Shown: positions 21,218 through 29,896 of the stretch, piece after piece
Layout of the letters: each line of letters opens with the position of its first letter
Position numbering within the stretch: the first letter of the stretch is position 1
From: an uncultured candidate division Zixibacteria bacterium
GTDB taxonomy: Bacteria > Zixibacteria > MSB-5A5 > GN15 > FEB-12
Length of the DNA: 64,000 nucleotides
Assembly: GCA_963735035.1 (NCBI GenBank)
Contig: CAVTJJ010000003.1
Location: 455,328 to 519,327, forward strand
Reading direction: 5' to 3'
Notes under the pieces: model-generated
Database searches by the model: none
What the model saw: only the letters and a program-made list of their open reading frames with translations
Told to the model about the DNA's origin: nothing
Translations under genes and position numbers: made by a program

Positions 21218-21625
21218 TTAGTGTACTTTGGTTTCCTGGAGATAAGGCGTGTATTTCATATCCGTCTTCTGGATATGATCGACCAGCCAGTCCTTGAGGA
21301 AATTCATGACGTTCATTGTGAGCGTCAACTTGCCCTCGGTCATCTGCGTCTTGAACTCCGCTATCTTGGCCACGAACGCCTTATGCTGCTCCTTGTGCTG
21401 TACCAATCCAGGATAGTTCACCTCGGTCATGGCCTTTTCTTCAGCCGTGAAGTGGGTCACGGTATACCGTTCGAGATTGGTGAGCAGCCGCTCGACCACG
21501 TTGGCCCCCCGGCCGGTCTTCATAGCATCGTGAAGTTCGTTGGCCATCGCGAACAGTTTTTGGTGCTGAGCATCAAACTCTTTCACGTTGGTAGCAAAGC
21601 TTTTGTCCCAAACACAAAACGCCAT
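21218..21625 (-). CDS. bacteriohemerythrin-like protein
   Basis: MAFCVWDKSFATNVKEFDAQHQKLFAMANELHDAM... with the His/Glu/Asp iron ligands spaced as in hemerythrin (H..H...E, HF..EE, H..H...D). Start placed at the internal Met preceded by AGGGAAAGAGG. The track ORF extends to 21766. Confidence 0.75.
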   Translation of the reverse strand: MAFCVWDKSFATNVKEFDAQHQKLFAMANELHDAMKTGRGANVVERLLTNLERYTVTHFTAEEKAMTEVNYPGLVQHKEQHKAFVAKIAEFKTQMTEGKLTLTMNVMNFLKDWLVDHIQKTDMKYTPYLQETKVH

Positions 21626-21816
21626 AATAACCTCTTTCCCTCTAACGACCTTGTGTTTTTGGTATTGTCGGAATCCCGGGGAGAATCTTGATCCAGGAAC
21701 TGAATCGACTGAGAGTAGTTCTATTATTGAACTTGTATTAATCCCCCTGGAGCGCCTGGTTGTCATGAACTTGGCGTGATCGACTACAATATTAGTAAGA
21801 ATTTGCGAAGGTCCCT

Positions 21817-23133
21817 ATGAAGAAGCGATATCTGATCCTGGCGGCTGTCCTGATAGTGGTTGGCCTGATAACTTACATGGTTGTATTCGGGTTCTCCGAC
21901 TCCAAGGCAACCCAGTATGATTTCACTACGGTCGGCCGTGGCACTATTGAAAACACGATTTCAGCCTCGGGAACATTATCACCGGTCACATCGGTGGAGG
22001 TCGGTACACAGATTTCCGGCACCGTCGCGCACGTCTATGTCGATTTCAACGACCCGGTTCAAGAGGGTCAACTGCTGGCAGTTCTTGACACGACCGTATT
22101 GAAATCGGCGGTCCTGGACGCAGAGTCGGGTGTTGAAAGAGCCGACGCGCAACTGGCTCAGGCTCAATCGGACTACGACCGTAATAAATCGCTCCTCGAC
22201 AACAAGTTGATCGCCGATGCGACCTTTCTGCCGTTTGACATCGCCCTGCGTATGCAGAAAGCCGCCCTGAAATCGGCCCAGGTTGCATTGCAGAAGGCCA
22301 AACGCAACATGGAGTACGCCGTCATCGAGTCACCCATCAAGGGGATTGTCATCAGCCGTAACATTGAGGCCGGTCAAACCGTAGCCGCGAGCCTGTCTAC
22401 ACCGACCTTGTTCGTGATCGCCCAGGACCTCTCCCATATGGAGATTTTGGCTGACGTCGACGAGAGCGACATCGGGCAGATCAAAGACGGCCAGTCAGTG
22501 CGGTTCGAGGTGACCGCCTACCCCGGCAAGAAATTTACCGGGGTTGTCCGCCAGATACGGCTTCAGCCACAGACGGTTTCAAATGTCGTGACTTATACTG
22601 TGGTAGTGCAGGCTTCAAACGAAAACAACCTGCTACTCCCCGGCATGACGGCATCGCTCGAATTTGTAATCGATCGCAAAGAAGACGTCCTGATGATCTC
22701 CAACAAGGCTCTTCGGTTTACTCCGGACTCCCTGACCGTGGCCGCGGCAATGGCAAAGCAACGAACGCGTGCCGATGAGGCGCGCCAGTCGCGCGAACCC
22801 GGCGGGAGCGATTCGACCGCTTCACGCGATCCACTTCCGGGCGGGAGCGACTCGACCGCCTCTGCGGGCTCCCATGCGGGGGGGCCGCCCCATTCGGCGG
22901 ACGGGAAATCCAGGCGTCCGTCCATGGTCTGGTATGTGGACAGCACCGGCGTGCTGGCGGCCGCACCGTTCCGACCGGGTATAACCGACGGCACCAACAC
23001 GGAGATTCTGGCCAGTCGCACGCTGACCGAAGGAATGAAAGTCATCGCCGGACAAAAAGGACAAACTTCGACCAAGGCCCCGGCTGTTGCGCCCAGCGGT
23101 CAGCGTCCTGGCGGCTTCCGTGCTCCCTTCTAG
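21817..23133 (+). CDS. HlyD/MacA-family periplasmic adaptor with Ser/Gly/Pro-rich C-terminal extension
   Basis: N-terminal TM LILAAVLIVVGLITYMVVFG, coiled-coil, beta-barrel; followed by the ABC ATPase and FtsX permease. C-terminal low-complexity region with the tandem peptide repeat PGGSDSTAS. Confidence 0.8.
   Translation: MKKRYLILAAVLIVVGLITYMVVFGFSDSKATQYDFTTVGRGTIENTISASGTLSPVTSVEVGTQISGTVAHVYVDFNDPVQEGQLLAVLDTTVLKSAVLDAESGVERADAQLAQAQSDYDRNKSLLDNKLIADATFLPFDIALRMQKAALKSAQVALQKAKRNMEYAVIESPIKGIVISRNIEAGQTVAASLSTPTLFVIAQDLSHMEILADVDESDIGQIKDGQSVRFEVTAYPGKKFTGVVRQIRLQPQTVSNVVTYTVVVQASNENNLLLPGMTASLEFVIDRKEDVLMISNKALRFTPDSLTVAAAMAKQRTRADEARQSREPGGSDSTASRDPLPGGSDSTASAGSHAGGPPHSADGKSRRPSMVWYVDSTGVLAAAPFRPGITDGTNTEILASRTLTEGMKVIAGQKGQTSTKAPAVAPSGQRPGGFRAPF
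22797..22861 (+). repeat. imperfect 26-bp direct repeat x2 (CCGGGCGGGAGCGAYTCGACCGCYTC) inside the adaptor gene
   Basis: Copies at 22797–22822 and 22836–22861. Encodes the duplicated PGGSDSTAS peptide. Confidence 0.6.
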
Positions 23134-23167
23134 GAACGTGAATCGGACGATGAGACCAGAGGCTACC

Positions 23168-23917
23168 ATGAACCCGGTAATAGAAATTCGCAGCCTGACG
23201 CGGACCTTCCAGGTTGGCGAGATCGCCATTCCGGCTCTGCGCGGCGCCAACCTGATCGTACAGCCGGGTGATTTTGTGGCCATCATGGGACCGTCGGGAT
23301 CGGGCAAATCAACGCTTATGAACTTGCTGGGTTGCCTTGATACCCCCTCCGGGGGCGAGTACTTACTCGATGGAGAGCGAGTGGACGGACTCAGTAAGAA
23401 CGCCCGGGCCAACATCAGAAATCGCCGCATCGGCTTTGTCTTCCAGGGATTCAATCTGCTGTCGCGTACATCGGCGCTGGAAAACGTCGAGCTGCCACTG
23501 TTCTACAGCCGGGACCACCATATCGTGGATCGCGGGAAAGCGGCTGCCGAGGCACTGAAACGGGTCGGCCTGGGTGACCGGCTGGATCATACCCCCAATC
23601 AGCTTTCCGGTGGTCAGCAACAACGGGTAGCAGTTGCTCGGGCGCTGGTCAATAACCCCGCTATCGTGCTGGCTGACGAGCCTACCGGCAACCTAGACAC
23701 CCGTACTTCGATAGAAATTATCGAGTTGTTCCAACGCTTGAACAGCGAAGGAGTAACGGTCATACTGGTTACTCACGAGAATGATATCGCGGCGTATGCC
23801 CGACGGGTTATTAAACTGCGCGACGGACACATCGTGAGCGATGCACCGGTTCTTAATCGACGCGACGCGGCCGCCGACCTGAAAGCGCTCGGCGCTCCTG
23901 AGGAGGAGCCGCAATGA
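23168..23917 (+). CDS. ABC transporter ATP-binding protein (MacB-type ATPase)
   Basis: [35 protein letters not shown]. Start at the internal Met MNPVIEIRS; the track ORF starts at 23087. Confidence 0.9.
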   Translation: MNPVIEIRSLTRTFQVGEIAIPALRGANLIVQPGDFVAIMGPSGSGKSTLMNLLGCLDTPSGGEYLLDGERVDGLSKNARANIRNRRIGFVFQGFNLLSRTSALENVELPLFYSRDHHIVDRGKAAAEALKRVGLGDRLDHTPNQLSGGQQQRVAVARALVNNPAIVLADEPTGNLDTRTSIEIIELFQRLNSEGVTVILVTHENDIAAYARRVIKLRDGHIVSDAPVLNRRDAAADLKALGAPEEEPQ

Positions 23918-25131
23918 ACATAATCAGGCTTTTGCGGGCCGCCTTTGCGAGCATCGCACGCAACCGGATGCGCAGTCTTCTAACCTCGCTGGGCATCATC
24001 ATAGGTGTCAGCGCCGTGATTATCATGGTGGCTATCGGTGAAGGGTCATCGGCCAAGATCGAGGCGGAAATCAATTCGCTGGGCACCAACCTGCTGATGG
24101 TTATGCCGGGAAGTTCTACAACAGGTGGAGCCCACATGGGCGCGGGTAGCTTCAATCGCTTCACTTTCGACGATGTCGATAAGATCAGACGCACTGCTGA
24201 TTTGATCGACGCCGTTTCGCCGGTGGTGCGATCGGGCGCCCAGATAGTCGGTGGCGGCTCCAACTGGTCGACCCAGGTCATGGGTGTTACACCTGAGTAC
24301 TTCAAAATCCGGAATTGGCAAATCGAGTCGGGCGAAGCCTTCACGGATAAGGACGTTACCGGCAACCGCAAAGTTGTCGTACTCGGCGCAACCGTAGCCG
24401 AGCAGTTGTTTGCCGATTCGGATCCGGTGGGACAAACGATTCGGGTTCGAAATATCCCGATGGACGTAATCGGCGTATTGAAAGCAAAGGGTCAGAGCGG
24501 GATGGGCCAGGATCAGGACGACATAGTCCTTGCCCCGGCCACGACCGTGCTGTACCGGCTGAAGGGACGCCAGTGGATCGATATGATCAACGCCAGCGCT
24601 TCGAGCAACGCGTCGATTGATGCGGCCATCGAGGAGCTTCGCAACGCCATGCGCGAATCGCATAAACTCCAGGAAGGCGAAGCCGATGACTTCACCATCC
24701 GAAGTCAGGCCGAGATCGCCGAGAGTGTAACTTCGGTTACCAAGACCATGACCGTCCTGCTCGGCTCCATAGCTGCAGTAAGTCTGCTGGTCGGCGGGAT
24801 AGGCATCATGAATATCATGCTGGTGTCGGTGACAGAGCGGACGCGAGAGATTGGCATACGGCTGTCGGTCGGGGCCCGCGAGAGTGACATCATGGTTCAG
24901 TTCCTGACCGAGGCCGTAGTGTTGAGTCTGGCCGGAGGCATAGTTGGCGTGGCCCTGTCCTTTGCCACCGTAGCCGGACTGAATCGCTGGTCGGATATGC
25001 AGCCGGTCATCACGCCCTACATAGTCACACTGTCGTTCATCTTTTCCGCCGCAATTGGTGTATTTTTTGGAATTTACCCGGCCCGCAAAGCGGCAGCGAT
25101 GGATCCGATTGAGGCGCTTCGACACGAGTAG
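23914..25131 (+). CDS. ABC transporter permease, FtsX family with MacB-like periplasmic domain
   Basis: N-terminal TM, about 220-aa periplasmic domain, C-terminal FtsX 3-TM bundle. Start overlaps the ATPase stop (ATGA). Confidence 0.85.
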   Translation: MNIIRLLRAAFASIARNRMRSLLTSLGIIIGVSAVIIMVAIGEGSSAKIEAEINSLGTNLLMVMPGSSTTGGAHMGAGSFNRFTFDDVDKIRRTADLIDAVSPVVRSGAQIVGGGSNWSTQVMGVTPEYFKIRNWQIESGEAFTDKDVTGNRKVVVLGATVAEQLFADSDPVGQTIRVRNIPMDVIGVLKAKGQSGMGQDQDDIVLAPATTVLYRLKGRQWIDMINASASSNASIDAAIEELRNAMRESHKLQEGEADDFTIRSQAEIAESVTSVTKTMTVLLGSIAAVSLLVGGIGIMNIMLVSVTERTREIGIRLSVGARESDIMVQFLTEAVVLSLAGGIVGVALSFATVAGLNRWSDMQPVITPYIVTLSFIFSAAIGVFFGIYPARKAAAMDPIEALRHE

Positions 25132-25163
25132 TCTTTTTTTACTTTGGCTGGAAGGCATAGGAT

Positions 25164-26066
25164 ATGTCACACAATCCATTCTTGATCACGGTTCGGGCGG
25201 CCCTGCTGACATTGCTTATATCAGCCATGCACAGTCCCTGCCGGGCCGGCAAATCGGTAGAAGCCGACAGTCGCTGGGCGGAGCGACAAATCCGGGTGGA
25301 TGGACGATCCGACGACTGGGTAAGCGTTCAGGGGGCTTACCTGTCAGACCAGAACGCCGCGTTTGCGTTCTGCAACGACAGTGATTTTTTATACGTGCTA
25401 TTTCGCACCACTGACCCGCGTTGGACCCGGACAATCAAAGCCACTGGCATCACGCTCTACTTTGACGCCAAAGGCGGCAAGAAGAAGGATGCCTCCATCT
25501 GCTTCAAAGTCGGACCGACTATGGAACAGGTCATGGCCATGCGAGAGAACGGTTCCGTACCGGAACGGAACAGACCCAGACCGGACGGCCGGCGAGCTTT
25601 TGAGATGGACGAAGCCCCTATACCGCCGTCGCTGACTTCAAGCTCCAAAGAGCGTCTCAAGGACGAGTCAATACCGCTCGATGGCACGGCCGGACCGGCG
25701 GCGGCGTTTGACACCTGTCAGGGATTCTTCACCTACGAATTCCGGGTGCCGTTATCCATAGACAAGAAATATGTTCTCGGCGTAGGGGCCAAACCGGGCC
25801 AGGGAATTTCGGTAGGGGCAGTCTGGGGCGAAATGGGTGAAATGATGTCGCCCGGTGATGGACCTGAAGGCGGCATCGGAGGCCCTCCCGGCGGCGGACT
25901 GGGAGGCTCCGGCGGCGGCATGGGTATGCCACGCGAAGGTGAAATGGGTGGACCGGGCGGTCGCAGGGAAGGCGGGGAACGTCTGCAAATGCCCAGGAAG
26001 CAGGAGATATGGATGAAGGTTCCGCTCGCTTCACCACCGATGCCTGCTTCGGCTGAGACAAAATAG
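25164..26066 (+). CDS. secreted hypothetical protein with Gly/Pro/Met-rich C-terminal low-complexity tail
   Basis: Signal peptide MSHNPFLITVRAALLTLLISAMHSPCRAG. Tail GPEGGIGGPPGGGLGGSGGGMGMPREGEMGGPGG. No recognisable catalytic motif. Confidence 0.5.
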   Translation: MSHNPFLITVRAALLTLLISAMHSPCRAGKSVEADSRWAERQIRVDGRSDDWVSVQGAYLSDQNAAFAFCNDSDFLYVLFRTTDPRWTRTIKATGITLYFDAKGGKKKDASICFKVGPTMEQVMAMRENGSVPERNRPRPDGRRAFEMDEAPIPPSLTSSSKERLKDESIPLDGTAGPAAAFDTCQGFFTYEFRVPLSIDKKYVLGVGAKPGQGISVGAVWGEMGEMMSPGDGPEGGIGGPPGGGLGGSGGGMGMPREGEMGGPGGRREGGERLQMPRKQEIWMKVPLASPPMPASAETK

Positions 26067-26126
26067 TCTACGGGCTTTTGTGCACTTCGTGCAGAGCACT
26101 ACCACACAGTTACTCTAAGTACCCAA

Positions 26127-26158
26127 AAGGGTCGGTCCCCGTAGGGACCGACCCTTTA
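26127..26158. terminator. bidirectional intrinsic terminator hairpin between convergent genes
   Basis: Perfect 14-bp stem AAAGGGTCGGTCCC / GGGACCGACCCTTT with loop CGTA, between the + gene ending at 26066 and the - gene ending at 26184. Confidence 0.6.
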
Positions 26159-26183
26159 CCACAACGAACAGCTGGAACTGCCC

Positions 26184-27314
26184 TTATTTTTTCGTTTTCA
26201 TGCCGGGCGGCTGAGTCTCCGCCGTGCGTCCGTCATCATGGCAATCACTGCAGACCGCGTCGGCCTCGTAACTGCGGTTCGGGTGACAAGCCGTACAATC
26301 CATCTCGGAATGCACATCATCGAGCTTCAGACCCGTCACGGCGTGAGTAAACGTTTCCTGAGTCCAACCACCGTGACAGTTGATGCACATCCGATTTATC
26401 TTGGAGATCCTCTTACCCGTCGGATGACACGACCAACAATCAAGTTCGGAATGATACGGGTTAAGTGGCCAACCGGTCGTATTATGGGAGAAGCCTGGCC
26501 GTTCCTTGGTGTCATGGCATTTGGCGCAAGCGTCCTGCTTATGGCAATCGTTGCAGATCGCGTGTACCTGCTCCTGTGACTTGCGCGGACCGGGGGTGCG
26601 CTGCAGATCATGGCAATAGCCGCAATTCTCCTGGCGGTGGCAGTTGACACATCGGAATCCAAATAGATCGATATGCTCTTTGTGCTGGAATGTAACAATC
26701 GGGCCGATCTTGTACGGCGTGTCGTACACCTTCTTGGCCGGAACCGCGATAACCGGATGAGAGCGGCCTATGATATCCGTCGAATCGTTCATGCTCTCCC
26801 CCACATTGGCGCCCGGCACGGGAAGATGACAGACGATGCACTTGGTATCGTGACTCCATTCACGATGGCACGAAAGACACTGACGGTGATAGGCGCCTTT
26901 CAATCCCGGCTGCGACAGGTTCTTCGGATTGACCTGGCTTTCATGGCAGTCTTTACATGGCGGAATCTGGCCGGGTGGACTGAAATGGTGGCAGGCCGAG
27001 CAACTGTCTTTCATTTCGGCCATGGAGGCGTGCAGCTTGTGATTGAAATGCACCGGCTGATACTCATCCGCCAGCTCTTTCAAGAGCAGTGTGTCGGGTG
27101 CTTCAGACAATGGATGCTGGACGGTCGTGTGCGTCATCGTATGTGTCGGGCATTGGTTCAGACATGGATTCTTGGCCGTCGGCACCGGACAGGTATGACA
27201 CGACCCACAATCTATCTTATCCATTGGATTGGCGACATCCTGGGCAGCCCCCCACGACTGCATCCAGGACGTCAATCCGAACGCAAAAACTAGTATTGCT
27301 AACAAATGTTTCAT
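26184..27314 (-). CDS. multiheme c-type cytochrome (about 13 CxxCH motifs), secreted
   Basis: Signal peptide MKHLLAILVFAFGLTSWMQSWGAA. I count 13 CxxCH motifs (CGSCH, CSACH, CKDCH, CLSCH, CIVCH, CVNCH, CGYCH, CNDCH, CAKCH, CWSCH, CINCH, CTACH, CSDCH). Confidence 0.9.
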   Translation of the reverse strand: MKHLLAILVFAFGLTSWMQSWGAAQDVANPMDKIDCGSCHTCPVPTAKNPCLNQCPTHTMTHTTVQHPLSEAPDTLLLKELADEYQPVHFNHKLHASMAEMKDSCSACHHFSPPGQIPPCKDCHESQVNPKNLSQPGLKGAYHRQCLSCHREWSHDTKCIVCHLPVPGANVGESMNDSTDIIGRSHPVIAVPAKKVYDTPYKIGPIVTFQHKEHIDLFGFRCVNCHRQENCGYCHDLQRTPGPRKSQEQVHAICNDCHKQDACAKCHDTKERPGFSHNTTGWPLNPYHSELDCWSCHPTGKRISKINRMCINCHGGWTQETFTHAVTGLKLDDVHSEMDCTACHPNRSYEADAVCSDCHDDGRTAETQPPGMKTKK

Positions 27315-27315
27315 T

Positions 27316-28590
27316 TCATCTCGCTTTGTAAACCGTGGTTTGAGTCGGCGCCATTTGAACTCTTGCGTCGACTTTGCCGTTTTGTCCGCCGCCGGAAATC
27401 ACCGGGAAGTTGAGTACCACAAACCGATAGACTAACACGAGCGCCGATATCAGGCCGATCGTCACCATGATCTCATAGATCGATGGAAAGTAGGTCTTCT
27501 CGGGATACAGTGGTTCATAGGCAACCAGGAACACGTTGATACGATTGAGAGCCACCCCAAAGATCACCAGAGTGGCCGAAATGAACAAACCTTTCACGGA
27601 ATGCCTGACCTTCGGTATCGATAGCAGAATCACCGGCAGGATCACACCGAGCGTCAGTTCGATGATGAACATGAACGATTCAAGATCACCGGCGAAAACA
27701 TACGGCCAGACCTCACGCAGCGTAAGATCCCCGATCTTGACCGCTAGATACGCGCCGAGAAGAACCGGCGTATAGCGGGCAATCGACGACAACACCGGCA
27801 GCTCCGGTTTCAACTTGAAAGAGCGCGAGGCGAGGATCGATTCGAATATGACCATCGGGAAACCGACTGCGATCGCCGACATCAGAAACAGCAAAGGCGA
27901 GATCGGCGTGTACCAGAGAGCATGCATCTTGGTCGGCGCTATTAGCATGAGCGTACCGAGAGACGATTGGTGCAAACAGGAGAGCACTACGCCGGCAATG
28001 ATGAATACGGAAATAAACCGGCCGAGATATTGTTCACAGACATCGAGCCAGGCTTCGACTATTCTATTGAGAATGCCGAGCGGACCCGGCAGATTGACCT
28101 TGCCCTTGAACCGCTCGACGACGATGGGCAGGAACTCGATGTACAGCACGGTCAGGTAGATCATGACACACATGCCGACTTCGAACAGAACCGAGTTCCC
28201 CTGCCACATACTGGGCAGCATCGGGTGCCAGACGTTGTAATAACGTCCGAGATCAGCCAACAGGCCGATCACCACGAAAGTATATCCGAGCATCGCGGTG
28301 AGAAGCGCCGGGCGCACGATCACGTGGTATTTTTCCTTGTGGAAGATATCGGCCAAAGCAGCGGTGGTGAATCCTCCAGCCGCCAGGGCTACACCGGAGG
28401 CCACATCAATAGCAATCCAAATGCCCCAGGGGTATTGATTGTCGAGATTGGTGGCGGCGCCGATGCCGGCGATCAACCGATAGGCATAAGCCGCCATTCC
28501 AGCCAGCATGATGGCAAACATGACTTTGGTGCCACCCGAGAAGAACTTCACCGGCACCGGGGCGGCCGCCTCGTGGCTATGCTTACTCAT
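27316..28590 (-). CDS. NrfD/PsrC-family integral membrane quinone-interacting subunit
   Basis: About 10 predicted TM helices with the NrfD-type N-terminus (MFAIMLAGMAAYAYRLIAGIGAATNLDNQYPWGIWIAIDVASGVAL). Start at the ATG at 28590 (MSKHSHE), overlapping the upstream FeS gene stop by 8 nt. The track ORF extends to 28617. Confidence 0.85.
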   Translation of the reverse strand: MSKHSHEAAAPVPVKFFSGGTKVMFAIMLAGMAAYAYRLIAGIGAATNLDNQYPWGIWIAIDVASGVALAAGGFTTAALADIFHKEKYHVIVRPALLTAMLGYTFVVIGLLADLGRYYNVWHPMLPSMWQGNSVLFEVGMCVMIYLTVLYIEFLPIVVERFKGKVNLPGPLGILNRIVEAWLDVCEQYLGRFISVFIIAGVVLSCLHQSSLGTLMLIAPTKMHALWYTPISPLLFLMSAIAVGFPMVIFESILASRSFKLKPELPVLSSIARYTPVLLGAYLAVKIGDLTLREVWPYVFAGDLESFMFIIELTLGVILPVILLSIPKVRHSVKGLFISATLVIFGVALNRINVFLVAYEPLYPEKTYFPSIYEIMVTIGLISALVLVYRFVVLNFPVISGGGQNGKVDARVQMAPTQTTVYKAR

Positions 28591-29491
28591 GGGTCGTCTC
28601 CTTGCTGCTCGGATCACGCAGGGAATGCATTACCAGACCGAGCAGGCCATAGAGCGCGAGCGGTGGAACGAATGACTTAAAGACACCGTGCTGAATTACT
28701 TCGGTCACGTCGGGGATCGGCTCCTCGCCCAGTTTTGGCAGGCCGGCAGCCGTCATGTCGGTGGCGGCAAGATACATCCAACTCGTGCCACCAATTTCCT
28801 TCTCGCCGTAGATGTGCTCAACGTAGCGTCCGGGGTTGGCCCGGAACCGGCTTTGCGCGATGTCCAGCAACTCCTCGCGAGTACCGAATATCAGCGCTTC
28901 GCTCGGACAGATTTCCACACAGGCCGGTTTCTTCCCTTTTTCCAACCTTGGAGCACAGAAGGTGCACTTGCGTACCTGCGGATCAAGAGCATTTTGGTAT
29001 TCATACGCCGGAATCTGAAACGGACAGGCCACCATGCAGTACCTGCAACCGATACATTTCCAGGCATCGTACCCAACCGGGCCGCTATCTGTCTTTTTAA
29101 GCGCCCCGACAATACAAGCAGAAGCACAGGCCGGATCGTTGCAGTGCATACACTGCACTTTGAGCATGTACAACTTGTCGGTACCATCGCTCGCCGGGAA
29201 AGTGTTGACGACAGTAAAGGCGGCATCGGTTGGACGGCGCCGTTTCTGAAACACGGACTTGTCTTCGAACGCTTTCAGTTCCTGGGTGGGCAGCGCGTTG
29301 GCATCGTTACAAGCCCATTCACACTTGCGGCAACCGATGCAGGCGACCGTATCGACTATGACACCGAAGGTTTTGTCGCCGTTAAACGATCCTTTGATTT
29401 CGCTGCTGTCACTCGCGAGCGCAGAACCGGCAAGTGCTGTGATTGACCCCAGGGCACTTAGTTTGAAAAAATCTCTTCGCCCAATATCCAT
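28583..29491 (-). CDS. Tat-exported 4Fe-4S ferredoxin-type iron-sulfur subunit (HybA/NrfC/HmcB-like)
   Basis: Twin-arginine signal MDIGRRDFFKLSALGSITALAGSALA. Four Cys clusters (CIGCRKCEWAC, CMHCNDPACASAC, CIGCRYCMVACP, CTFCAPR...CVEICP). Confidence 0.9.
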   Translation of the reverse strand: MDIGRRDFFKLSALGSITALAGSALASDSSEIKGSFNGDKTFGVIVDTVACIGCRKCEWACNDANALPTQELKAFEDKSVFQKRRRPTDAAFTVVNTFPASDGTDKLYMLKVQCMHCNDPACASACIVGALKKTDSGPVGYDAWKCIGCRYCMVACPFQIPAYEYQNALDPQVRKCTFCAPRLEKGKKPACVEICPSEALIFGTREELLDIAQSRFRANPGRYVEHIYGEKEIGGTSWMYLAATDMTAAGLPKLGEEPIPDVTEVIQHGVFKSFVPPLALYGLLGLVMHSLRDPSSKETTHE

Positions 29492-29535
29492 GAGGTTACT
29501 CCGAAAATAATTCGAGTCTTGCGACCTTGCGCATT

Positions 29536-29553
29536 ATGTGAAAATTTTCACAC
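29536..29553. promoter_or_regulatory. perfect 18-bp palindrome ATGTGAAAATTTTCACAT, a consensus CRP/FNR-superfamily half-site arrangement TGTGA-N6-TCACA, about 45 bp upstream of the FeS-NrfD-cytochrome operon
   Basis: Read directly from the sequence at 29536–29553. Matches the textbook CRP site TGTGAnnnnnnTCACA exactly. Located in the 400-bp intergenic region upstream of the operon start at 29491. Confidence 0.5.
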
Positions 29554-29896
29554 ATCGTGGTAAATCTCAACTTTCAATACCATCAGTGTTATATTTAGCA
29601 TAACTTTCATTCGATGTCAAGACGGAAAGTCATGGTTCTGTCACGAAAAATCTGCGTGTCGGCGTATTGTATTGTAGCACAACATGGTACGCGATGCACT
29701 GACGAGGCTCAATACACACCTCGGGTGACCTTATTAACCCACCCTGTCCTAATTGAGCCCATTTCAGTCATGAATTTGGCGCTATCGAGACTAACCTTCC
29801 CACCCCCCTGATATGGTAATAGTTTTGGTCGCGCGGGTTCAGGCTTTTCAACTGTCGCGGTCTCTGCGACCGCTGTTGGCCTACGAGTTTCTTCGA

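Noticed and set aside
25164-26066. Gly/Pro/Met-rich secreted protein as a collagen-like or metal-binding (MxxM) protein
   Set aside because: The low-complexity tail lacks a regular GXY collagen triplet periodicity, and the Met spacing is irregular. No basis for a specific function.
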